A model generated the notes under the pieces. It was not told the DNA's origin and ran no database searches. It worked only from the letters and a program-made list of their open reading frames with translations. A program made the position numbers and the translations under genes. From a virus: a DNA stretch of 64,000 nucleotides. The stretch is taken from IMG/VR virus record IMGVR_UViG_3300006931_000005, positions 9,725-73,724 of that record; one strand, written 5' to 3'. Of the stretch, positions 56,527-64,000 are shown one piece after another. Position 1 is the first letter of the stretch. Each line of letters opens with the position of its first letter.

Positions 56527-57422
56527 ATATTTTTGAATTTCTTGGCCGCTTCGATCAGTTGCTCTCGGCCCTTCTCCTGCTTGGCGAGGCTGGCGCGAAA
56601 TAAGTCCTCGTCCATCAAGTCCATGACAGCGTTCTCCACGAGCCGGGCCAGCATCTTGGGCTCGATGGCGTCCAATTCCCATGACGACGGGCCGAAGTTT
56701 TTGATGTACTCCTTGGCCCGGCTGTCGGTGATCTTCGCCGGGTTCTCCGGTGGCTTCAGCTTGTGAACCTGATCCATGTTCAATGCCACGCGATGCACGT
56801 TGATGGTGAATTCATCGTCGCCAGTGCTTTCCGCAAACTGGCGCAGGCGATCCTCCACATCGCGGGTCATGTCGATGCCGGACGGGTCATGGTCGCCGAG
56901 ATAGATGACGTGGACATGGCGGTCATTGCTAAGATGTCGCAGCATACGACGACCCGCTTCGTACATGGCGCTCGACGACGAGTAACCCTTGTTCGCGGTG
57001 AAGGCGATGTCGAGCTTCCGGGCCACCGGCTCAAGCACGCCAGAGAGCGCGTCCTTCTCGACCATCACCTCGACGTAGTTCTCCTGCCCGATCCAGTGGT
57101 CGATCTTGAATTGCGGAGCGACGGACTCAATGAAGTCCTTGGGATCGTCCCAGTGCGCGTTCTGCACCATCTCGCGGCCACGATCTTTTATCATGTCCCA
57201 GTCGATCAGCCCGGCGAGCCAGGCATCGGACACGAGATTGCCGGTGTTCTTGTAACTGCGCTCGGTGTTCTCGATCACCCCACGGGCAACGAGCTGGTAG
57301 TAACACTGGCGCAACGACAGGCCATATCCCTGCTGGGCATACGAATCGAGGATGCCGTTGATGGTGTCGATCAGGGAGAGGGCCGCTGATCCGAATTTCT
57401 TGTCTACGAATAGGCGTTTCAT
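56523..57422 (-). CDS. wHTH plus TOPRIM protein (Topo VI-A / JetD-like)
   Basis: LRQCYYQLV, VEVMVEKDAL, KGYSS, YLGDHDPSG, WELDA. Confidence 0.82.
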   Translation of the reverse strand: MKRLFVDKKFGSAALSLIDTINGILDSYAQQGYGLSLRQCYYQLVARGVIENTERSYKNTGNLVSDAWLAGLIDWDMIKDRGREMVQNAHWDDPKDFIESVAPQFKIDHWIGQENYVEVMVEKDALSGVLEPVARKLDIAFTANKGYSSSSAMYEAGRRMLRHLSNDRHVHVIYLGDHDPSGIDMTRDVEDRLRQFAESTGDDEFTINVHRVALNMDQVHKLKPPENPAKITDSRAKEYIKNFGPSSWELDAIEPKMLARLVENAVMDLMDEDLFRASLAKQEKGREQLIEAAKKFKNI

Positions 57423-59041
57423 GTTTGGCTTTTTGGTTTGATGTCTTTATGGATCGCCAGCAGTTTGAATGTTTTCAGGTCGATTGCCTGATCCCGATGC
57501 CGAGCGTGGCGGATCGCCAGCTTCAGGAGATTTTTAACATCGCGCCCGACGATCCCCGGAAATTCCTCGCACAGTTGGTCGATGAATTTATCGGTGAACT
57601 TCTGGCCGAATTGAACCGAGAGCGTCACCCAGATTTCGCGCAGCTCACTGGGCGTGGGCTTCACATATTTAAGGTGGACGGTGGCCCGCGACATGATCGC
57701 GTCGTCGATGATCGTGGCCAAGTTGGAGGTCAGGAACAGAACGCCGCGATAGTATTCCAGCACCCGCAGGAACACGCCGACGATTGCGTTTTGCTGGATG
57801 TCGGCTCCGCGTTCGCGGACATACACGTCAGCCTCGTCGATCAGGAGCAAGGCTTTCCACCGCGCAGCCCGGTTCAGCACGAGGTTGAGAGTCTTTTCGA
57901 TCTCCTCCTCATTGGTGCCGAGCTGCGAGCAGTTGACCTTGTACAGTGGCCGCTGGATCACCTCGCTCGTGACCTCTGCGGTCAGCGTCTTGCCCGTTCC
58001 CGGTGGGCCGGTGCAAATGACGATAGTGCCGCCCGACTTCCCCTTGATGATGTCGTCGATGTCGTCTGCCGCCGTCTCCATGAGCACGGTGATAACATCC
58101 TTGTGATCGGCGGGCAGGATCAGCTTGTCACCGAGCGAGGGAGTCCACTTGTATTCCTCAAGCTGGTCGGTGTTCACCTCGATGAAACAGTGGTTGTCCA
58201 GATCGAACAGCTTGACATACGGGTGAACTGGCAGCGCCACCCGTGCGGCCTCATCCTTCTCACCCTTGAACCAGTAGACATCCGCCTCCATTCCGTCATC
58301 GTCCCCGTACTCCGGGCCGTCATCCGACAGGTCATCCATCACCAGCTTGAGGGGCACGCCATCCCGGATCAGCGAGGTGCTGTTGTGGCTGTACCGGTCA
58401 GACATATCCCGGCCCTCACCCGTCGCAATGAACTGCTCGCCGGTCTGGGGCTGGAACTTTTTGTACTGCTCCATGGATTTCCGGTAGTCAACGACCTGCT
58501 CCTCGGTCGAGATCGCCGACGCCCGACGACGCAGAAGATCGCCGACGTTCAAGCCTTCGGCGATGTCCTCGCCATGCCACGTCATGCACTTGTTGATCTC
58601 CTTGCCGCGCTGGATGGCCTTCAGGCTCATGTCAACGTGAGCCGGACAATCCTTTTCAAACGGGTGATATTCAATCTTCCGGATGAACCAAGGCAGGAGC
58701 CGCTGATCCTTCTCCACGAACAGCCAGTGGTTTACTGACTTCGTGAGGTAGAGGCGCAGGGCTTGCGCCAAGTCCTCAAGCCGTCGGATATTTTTTCCGC
58801 CCGGATTGGCCAAGATATTCCGGTAAGCCGCGATCCGTTTGCCAGCGGTCTCACAGCCGGGCTCGGTCTTGTGCTTTTCGCAATAATCTTCGAGTGTATT
58901 AAGCTCGCCCTCGGTGAGCTTGTGGATTTCGACTTCGCGGGTGCTGTCCTTGTCGCCCCACTCCATCGCATCCAGCATCTCCTCGTCGTTGTGTTCCTTG
59001 GCGATCAGCCGCCAGACTTTGATTTGCAGTTTCAGTATCAT
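57419..59041 (-). CDS. AAA+ ATPase
   Basis: GPPGTGKT, LLIDEAD, FLRVLEYY.G.LFLTSN, DDAIMSR. Confidence 0.9.
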   Translation of the reverse strand: MILKLQIKVWRLIAKEHNDEEMLDAMEWGDKDSTREVEIHKLTEGELNTLEDYCEKHKTEPGCETAGKRIAAYRNILANPGGKNIRRLEDLAQALRLYLTKSVNHWLFVEKDQRLLPWFIRKIEYHPFEKDCPAHVDMSLKAIQRGKEINKCMTWHGEDIAEGLNVGDLLRRRASAISTEEQVVDYRKSMEQYKKFQPQTGEQFIATGEGRDMSDRYSHNSTSLIRDGVPLKLVMDDLSDDGPEYGDDDGMEADVYWFKGEKDEAARVALPVHPYVKLFDLDNHCFIEVNTDQLEEYKWTPSLGDKLILPADHKDVITVLMETAADDIDDIIKGKSGGTIVICTGPPGTGKTLTAEVTSEVIQRPLYKVNCSQLGTNEEEIEKTLNLVLNRAARWKALLLIDEADVYVRERGADIQQNAIVGVFLRVLEYYRGVLFLTSNLATIIDDAIMSRATVHLKYVKPTPSELREIWVTLSVQFGQKFTDKFIDQLCEEFPGIVGRDVKNLLKLAIRHARHRDQAIDLKTFKLLAIHKDIKPKSQT

Positions 59042-59223
59042 GGTGTTTGTTTTTTATACCAAGCTTCTTCAAATTTCATGTTCGCATTGTACGATTCCGC
59101 CAGTTGTATGGCGTGATTTTCGTCGTCGCATTTTGCGACCGTCATATCCGTCTGATCCCGTATCTCAAACTTGCCCTCTCGCACAGGCTGAACGCGGAGC
59201 CTGCCGTGTATGGCCTTGCTCAT
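59038..59223 (-). CDS. hypothetical protein
   Basis: ATGA-coupled on both sides. Confidence 0.55.
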   Translation of the reverse strand: MSKAIHGRLRVQPVREGKFEIRDQTDMTVAKCDDENHAIQLAESYNANMKFEEAWYKKQTP

Positions 59224-59615
59224 AGCCTCACGTTCTCCGAATTGGATACGGCTTCATTGGCCTTGGTCAGCGCCTCGATAAAGGCGTCACGCTCCGAGGG
59301 CCGCACGCGGATGACATCGTTATCCACCAGCTTGAGAAAGTCGGTGAACGCCGAGAGCAGGGCCGGGAACTGGTTGGCCGCATGGATCGCGTACCGGGCA
59401 TGGTTGATCGAATTCTCATTGATCCTCCCGCGTGCCGGGGGATCGGAGTGGGTCGGTGTCCGCATGATTTCCTCGCCGTGGCTGTCGTCGTCATAGATGA
59501 CGCAAACATTTTCCTTTAGGCCGTCGGCGTTCGAGTCCTCTTGAGTTGTCATCACCCAGCTCTTAGGGTCGATGGCGGTCAGCAGGAGTTTAATGTGAAC
59601 GTGTTTTTTGCTCAT
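59220..59615 (-). CDS. hypothetical protein
   Basis: ATGA-coupled. Confidence 0.6.
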   Translation of the reverse strand: MSKKHVHIKLLLTAIDPKSWVMTTQEDSNADGLKENVCVIYDDDSHGEEIMRTPTHSDPPARGRINENSINHARYAIHAANQFPALLSAFTDFLKLVDNDVIRVRPSERDAFIEALTKANEAVSNSENVRL

Positions 59616-60145
59616 GGTGTGGTTTTCTTTTGCACCAGAACTAGCATGGCATTGCTCCAGCGCAGGGTTTTTCCGTTGAATCCTTTGATCGTGTAGACCT
59701 TGCCCTCCTTTGGATCGTTCTCGATTATCATCAGCTCGCCGACTGACGCATCATTGGCCAGCCCTTTGGCTCCAAACATGAGGGTGTGAGTGAATTCACA
59801 AACGATGTCCCCCACTTCCGGCCTGTACCGACCGGCCATCGGATCGGCTTGGGCCAGCTTGTTGGCCAGCGAGACGATATGATAAGCCCACTTGCTTGCG
59901 ATGAACCGCTGGCCGGTCGAACGCTGGACGCACTGGCAGTGGGCCAGCTCGTCGAACACCCTTTGCCGTTGCGTCATAACCGGAACCTGCTCCAGACCGA
60001 CATATAGCCGGAGCTCGTTGACCGTAAGATCACCGGCCCCCTTGTAGCTTTTGATTTCGCCGCTCTCGATCAGCGGCTTGATGACTTGGGGCAGCGTCGA
60101 TCCAATCCGTTCGCACAGGTGGCGGGCGCGTGATGAAAGTTTCAT
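59612..60145 (-). CDS. hypothetical protein
   Basis: RBS AAGGA before ATG 60145. Confidence 0.6.
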   Translation of the reverse strand: MKLSSRARHLCERIGSTLPQVIKPLIESGEIKSYKGAGDLTVNELRLYVGLEQVPVMTQRQRVFDELAHCQCVQRSTGQRFIASKWAYHIVSLANKLAQADPMAGRYRPEVGDIVCEFTHTLMFGAKGLANDASVGELMIIENDPKEGKVYTIKGFNGKTLRWSNAMLVLVQKKTTP

Positions 60146-60231
60146 GTGTTTCCTTTTCTCCGACCTCGACAATGAGATCGGAGGAAAAGAGCCGGGCCTG
60201 TCTTTGCAGATGTTCAGGCGCGGCCATGCGT

Positions 60232-60378
60232 TTATTTCTGGGCGCGTTTCAATCCTTTCTCGACCCTGCGGTCACGGTTTTGCTTGAGCCTCGCCGACAG
60301 GTTGACCGTGGCCAGACGGCCAATGACCTCCCGTTCCTGCTTGGCGTTGATCCGAATGATTTCTTGGAGTCCGTGCAT
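60232..60378 (-). CDS. small basic protein (48 aa, not in ORF track)
   Basis: AAAGGA RBS; MHGLQEIIRINAKQ... Confidence 0.5.
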   Translation of the reverse strand: MHGLQEIIRINAKQEREVIGRLATVNLSARLKQNRDRRVEKGLKRAQK

Positions 60379-60481
60379 TTTGTCCTTTGTGTTTGGTTGA
60401 CCGTAAAGTGACCATCGCCATTTTGCTCATTTAACCGAGGTACACTGATGGCGGATGGTTGGCTGCGTAAGTGCAGCCAAA

Positions 60482-60814
60482 TTATTTCTTGGCCTGATGG
60501 TAATTGGCGAGCGCCATCTGAAGGTTTGAACCCTTCTCGCACTCGCGGAAACCATACTCGAACGCCAGTTGCAACTGTGATTGATTGGTGTCTTGCGTCA
60601 GGACGATCGTGTCCTCGATGACCTTGGCCGGTGAGACGCCCGCGCCGTCGTGCCATTCTTTCAGCGCGTCACGAATGTATTCCGCGAATTCTCCGGGCTC
60701 GCCGCCGAGCTCCCCGGAATCAACCGTCACCAAGACGGTCTCATTGTATCCGCGTATGCCCGCGCCCATCTCGGACGGGCGTTCGATTTCATAGATCAGA
60801 GTTTTGGATTTCAT
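60482..60814 (-). CDS. acidic hypothetical protein
   Basis: Typical codon usage. Confidence 0.6.
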   Translation of the reverse strand: MKSKTLIYEIERPSEMGAGIRGYNETVLVTVDSGELGGEPGEFAEYIRDALKEWHDGAGVSPAKVIEDTIVLTQDTNQSQLQLAFEYGFRECEKGSNLQMALANYHQAKK

Positions 60815-60984
60815 AAAGTAAAGGCTGGCCGCGCACCTTCCAAAAGTACCCGCACAACAGGTGCGGGAAGGAAATCAGGACAGATGGCGACCAGCGAAAG
60901 TTTAGCGTGGCGAGCTGACGTACCAGAGGATCAGGAACGCCGCGCCAATTAGAAGGACTGCAATGCTGGCAATGGTTTCGGTTT

Positions 60985-61176
60985 TCATGGTGATTTGCTG
61001 ATTTTTTTGACCGGCACATCCCGGCTGCGTTTATCCACGGTGACGATGCCCGGCAACGGCCAGATTGACACAGTGTAGTACCGGCTGTCCGGTATGCCGC
61101 ACGCCTGCCTGACTTCAGCGTCATGCTTTCCGGGATCGGAGATGTACCGGGCGAGCAATTCAGGGGAAACGCTCAT
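60985..61176 (-). CDS. hypothetical protein
   Basis: ATG 61176; typical codon usage. Confidence 0.5.
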   Translation of the reverse strand: MSVSPELLARYISDPGKHDAEVRQACGIPDSRYYTVSIWPLPGIVTVDKRSRDVPVKKISKSP

Positions 61177-61513
61177 GCTTGGTAGCCCTTCGCAAATAGA
61201 TGGTAAGCTGGTCGTCTGATTGGGATTCAAGCCAGCAGAGATATTGGCCACCGCTTTTGCCGGTGTACAGGCCGTGCAGCTTCAGGATCATTTCGTCGCG
61301 TTTCATGTCAGTAGCCTTTCACTTTGTCAATCCTACGGGCGATTGCGAAAGCCAGCAACAGATTGCCGTCAGCCACGGCAATATCCCGGCGAGCGCGTAA
61401 GTCGTCCAGCGGAATGTTGCGGGGTAGTTTGATTTTTTTGGGTGATTTGGTTTTCATAAAGTCAGTTCAATAGTCGCATCACCGGCTTGGCCGATGATGC
61501 GAGTGCTGGACTG

Positions 61514-61564
61514 TCAGTGCTTGACGGGCGGGAGATGCTTCCCGCCATGCTTGGTTTGCTTCAT
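61514..61564 (-). CDS. 16-aa peptide MKQTKHGGKHLPPVKH
   Basis: Perfect AAGGAGGTG RBS 6 nt upstream. Confidence 0.45.
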   Translation of the reverse strand: MKQTKHGGKHLPPVKH

Positions 61565-61577
61565 TCGTTTCACCTCC

Positions 61578-62198
61578 TTAAATATCGTATCCCCAGAGCG
61601 TGTAGATCAGGATTTTGGTCTTGGTCTCGCGCTTGATGTGAGCGCCACGATCAAAGTATTTGCCGCTGCAATCGTGGGCGCTGTTCGTGCGGGTCGGCTC
61701 ACCATGTTCTTCGAGATACCGTTTGGCCAGCTCCTTGTCGGTGAACAGCAGCCAAAAGATGCCGCTGTCGGATTCAATGCGGCTACGTTCGAGCTGCGTG
61801 ATCCCAGCCGGATGTTCGTGATCGCGCTCCCATTGTGAATGATGGTAGCGTGTACCTTCACGCGCTGATCCATTGATGCAACCAGTCGCCAGCAAAAGGC
61901 GCTCGACATCGAAATGGTTCATCCAGCACCAGCCACCAGTGCCCAGCAGGATCGCGCCGGGATAGATGCCGCAACGCGGGTTGAACTTGTTGAGCCAGTC
62001 GGCGAGCTGATCGCCGTACTGACCGCATTGCGGCCCGTTGGGATCAGACTGGTCGAGGACGTTCAGCGCGAACTCTCCGCGTGAATTGATCCCAAGAGAG
62101 GCTTCGTTTTTCCATGTGATGCCGAATTTTTGGGCAAGATTTTTGAGACCTTGAACGAGTATTTTTTCTCGCGCCCATGATTGTTTTAGAGGGTTCAT
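61578..62198 (-). CDS. hypothetical early protein
   Basis: AAAGGAAATCAC-ATG RBS; SAHDCSGK motif. Confidence 0.7.
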   Translation of the reverse strand: MNPLKQSWAREKILVQGLKNLAQKFGITWKNEASLGINSRGEFALNVLDQSDPNGPQCGQYGDQLADWLNKFNPRCGIYPGAILLGTGGWCWMNHFDVERLLLATGCINGSAREGTRYHHSQWERDHEHPAGITQLERSRIESDSGIFWLLFTDKELAKRYLEEHGEPTRTNSAHDCSGKYFDRGAHIKRETKTKILIYTLWGYDI

Positions 62199-62269
62199 GT
62201 GATTTCCTTTTTTGGTGTAGCGTGATTGCTACAACCGGCCACCTCTGTCGAAGTGGCCGGGTGTAAAAG

Positions 62270-62659
62270 TCACCATCCTCTTTCCTTCCGCGCCTGCCGC
62301 CTCGCCTCGGCCAGCGTCATCACTTTCTTCAGCTCGCGCACCCGCGCATCGTACCGGCCCGTTGAGACGCGGATCATAAAGCGGTAGATGTCCTGCGCCG
62401 TCGCCGAGACCTCCCGGCGCGTGCCGGTTGGCCGCATCACGATCACGTCGCCATCCGCCAGCGTCACAGCCAGCCGCCTGCGCCGATCCTTGCCGAATTG
62501 TCCGCCCAGTTCGTCACGGGTCATCGCAGCCACGGGTGATGGCACTTGAGCGATGACTGCGCCCGCCTTGTCACGCACCGGCCTTTTATGTCCAAAGGTT
62601 CTCACGGTTTGACCTCGCTTTCTCCGGTTGGCTCGTTTCAGATTTTGCTGGCTCGGCAT
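62270..62659 (-). CDS. Arg-rich hypothetical protein (start uncertain)
   Basis: Typical codon usage in the 3' two thirds. Confidence 0.55.
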   Translation of the reverse strand: MPSQQNLKRANRRKRGQTVRTFGHKRPVRDKAGAVIAQVPSPVAAMTRDELGGQFGKDRRRRLAVTLADGDVIVMRPTGTRREVSATAQDIYRFMIRVSTGRYDARVRELKKVMTLAEARRQARKERGW

Positions 62660-62777
62660 TTCGAGCCCTGATTTTAGCAAAGTCGATCAGCCAGCCCGTG
62701 CCTTCGCAGGCCGGGCAGTTGTCGCGCTGGATTCCTCGCCTGCATCCGCATTTGAATCCTGTTTTTGGTTGGTACAT
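62586..62777 (-). CDS. Zn-finger early protein
   Basis: CGC...CPACEGTG; AAAGGAAATCGT-ATG RBS. Confidence 0.65.
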   Translation of the reverse strand: MYQPKTGFKCGCRRGIQRDNCPACEGTGWLIDFAKIRARNAEPAKSETSQPEKARSNRENLWT

Positions 62778-62801
62778 ACGATTTCCTTTGGTTCAAACGA
62801 T

Positions 62802-62853
62802 GATCTCGTCAGCATCCGAATTACGGATGGACGCCCGTGTGGGCGTTTCGATC
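62802..62853 (-). ncRNA. hammerhead ribozyme (type II) C
   Basis: GAUC-GAAA-CGCCC(ACAC)GGGCG-UC^CAUCCG(UAAUU)CGGAUG-CUGACGA-GAUC; predicted cut 62830/62829. Confidence 0.93.
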
Positions 62854-62863
62854 TTCAGGTAAA

Positions 62864-63151
62864 TCACCAGCACTCGATGAACGGCTGGATGTCGGTTTTG
62901 TAAATCCGGTCGCAGATGGTTTCGTACTGGATTGCGATTTGGATTTTACCCTTCAGGCGGCAGTCGATGGCCGTCACCTTGTTCCACGCATAGTTGGTCA
63001 GCGCGTTGGCGCATTTGAACGCCCGACGACCTTTGAAGCCAAGGCGAAACGCCAACGTAGCGTTCCGGGCATTGCCGTACTTTTCGACAAATGCCTTCGC
63101 CTCGGTTTCATCGTCGAGGTTGAGCTCGATCTTGAACAGTTTTTTGCTCAT
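62864..63151 (-). CDS. hypothetical early protein
   Basis: Stop lies just before ribozyme C. Confidence 0.65.
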   Translation of the reverse strand: MSKKLFKIELNLDDETEAKAFVEKYGNARNATLAFRLGFKGRRAFKCANALTNYAWNKVTAIDCRLKGKIQIAIQYETICDRIYKTDIQPFIECW

Positions 63152-63156
63152 GCGAT

Positions 63157-63375
63157 TTATGAGCGTTGCGGAATGATGCCAACCGTCACCTTGCCAACAA
63201 CCAGCTTTTCAAAGCCGCCGTTTTCTTCAGCCATCTTCTCGAAAGATGCGAAGCTGAAATACGATCCGTAGTTGTTGCCGTCACTGTCACAGATCGAAAC
63301 ATTCGATCCGTTGGGCACGATCAGGAATGTGAAATTCCCACGGCCACGCTTCACGATTTTGAATACTTCAGTCAT
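63157..63375 (-). CDS. hypothetical early protein
   Basis: AAAGGAAATCGT-ATG 63375, after ribozyme B. Confidence 0.65.
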   Translation of the reverse strand: MTEVFKIVKRGRGNFTFLIVPNGSNVSICDSDGNNYGSYFSFASFEKMAEENGGFEKLVVGKVTVGIIPQRS

Positions 63376-63400
63376 ACGATTTCCTTTATGTTCAGATGAT

Positions 63401-63450
63401 GGACTCATCAGTACCGGATTTACCGGCAGACGCCCGTAGGCGTTTCGTCC
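63401..63450 (-). ncRNA. hammerhead ribozyme (type II) B
   Basis: GGAC-GAAA-CGCC(UACG)GGCG-UC^UGCCGG(UAAAU)CCGGUA-CUGAUGA-GUCC; predicted cut 63429/63428. Confidence 0.95.
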
Positions 63451-63452
63451 TT

Positions 63453-63723
63453 TTATTCACCTCCTTTCAAGCCCAAACTCACGTTCACAAGATCGTGAAC
63501 GAAATCCCGCCGCCCACCCTTGAATTCGTTGATGAGGGACGCGACGGCATCGTGGCCTTGGCTGTCCAGACCGGATGCCGGGCCTTTCAGGAATGCCGAC
63601 AGCTCCTTTGCGACCACGGTGATGACTGCCCAGAACTTCCAGCGCCACCTTGATTCGGGCATCGCTCGTGGCGATCTGTTTTTTGAGTTTCTTGTCGGCC
63701 AGTGCTTTCGATTTTTTGCTCAT
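63453..63723 (-). pseudogene. early gene apparently split by a 1-nt frameshift near 63630
   Basis: Codon bias switches frame at CTG-G-GCA; second frame stops 2 nt before ribozyme B. Confidence 0.5.
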
Positions 63724-63749
63724 GGTTTGATCCTTTGTTCAGATAAGTG

Positions 63750-63803
63750 AAGTCTCATCAGTGTGCGCGTAACGCACAGACGGCCACTTGGCCGTTTCGA
63801 CCT
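63750..63803 (-). ncRNA. hammerhead ribozyme (type II) A
   Basis: AGGUC-GAAA-CGGCC(AAGU)GGCCG-UC^UGUGCG(UUACG)CGCACA-CUGAUGA-GACUU; predicted cut 63779/63778. Confidence 0.95.
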
Positions 63804-64000
63804 TACAACCAGCCCTGCGCCTTGGCGAACCGCTCGATCTCATCCCAGCCGATGCGATGGCAACCGGCGACCACGCCCTGATCGTTTACGGCGTCAAGCT
63901 GGAAGTCGCCAACCTTGAACGTCTCGCCATTGCGATGCCAGCCGGTTTCGCGCTTGCTGGTGATGAACCGGAAGGCGAGCTTGGCTTCAGCCAGCGGAAC
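63803..64000 (-). CDS. 3' end of an early gene truncated by the window edge
   Basis: Open frame ...VVAGCHRIGWDEIERFAKAQGWL*; TAA overlaps stem II of ribozyme A. Confidence 0.7.
   Translation of the reverse strand, partial: VPLAEAKLAFRFITSKRETGWHRNGETFKVGDFQLDAVNDQGVVAGCHRIGWDEIERFAKAQGWL

Noticed and set aside
1-64000. CRISPR array, DGR (RT plus TR/VR), integrase/att site, stop-codon recoding
   Set aside because: No regular repeat-spacer array, reverse transcriptase or recombinase motifs seen; genes are intact in code 11 and all three stop codons are used

Overview
64 kb of a GC-rich tailed dsDNA phage genome with podovirus-like organisation, cut at both ends. No integrase, DNA polymerase, primase or endolysin is recognisable in the window. 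The host is probably Verrucomicrobiota (Pedosphaera/Limisphaerales-like), inferred from STNL..W...FFR motifs. Plus strand, left to right: tail of a DNA-metabolism operon (5'-3' exonuclease, HNH, HhH-like glycosylase); ejection-protein operon ending in a 3592-aa polyvalent protein; tRNA-Gly plus structured RNA cluster; glycosyl/methyltransferase cluster; inverted large terminase (minus strand); portal, scaffold, capsid, tail genes; signal-peptide-bearing proteins and holin-like genes. From 47.5 kb the minus strand carries recombination and early genes. Two systems stand out. (1) The giant gene is built from enzyme modules joined by an FSVxK linker. Its linkers hide +1-frame nested micro-genes and a promoter-driven antisense structured RNA, tied to a shared TGCCA-N4-TGGCA palindrome: a candidate toxin array with built-in antitoxins. 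(2) The early transcript is punctuated by three hammerhead ribozymes plus several long hairpins. All family assignments are from motif recognition by eye, not database searches.
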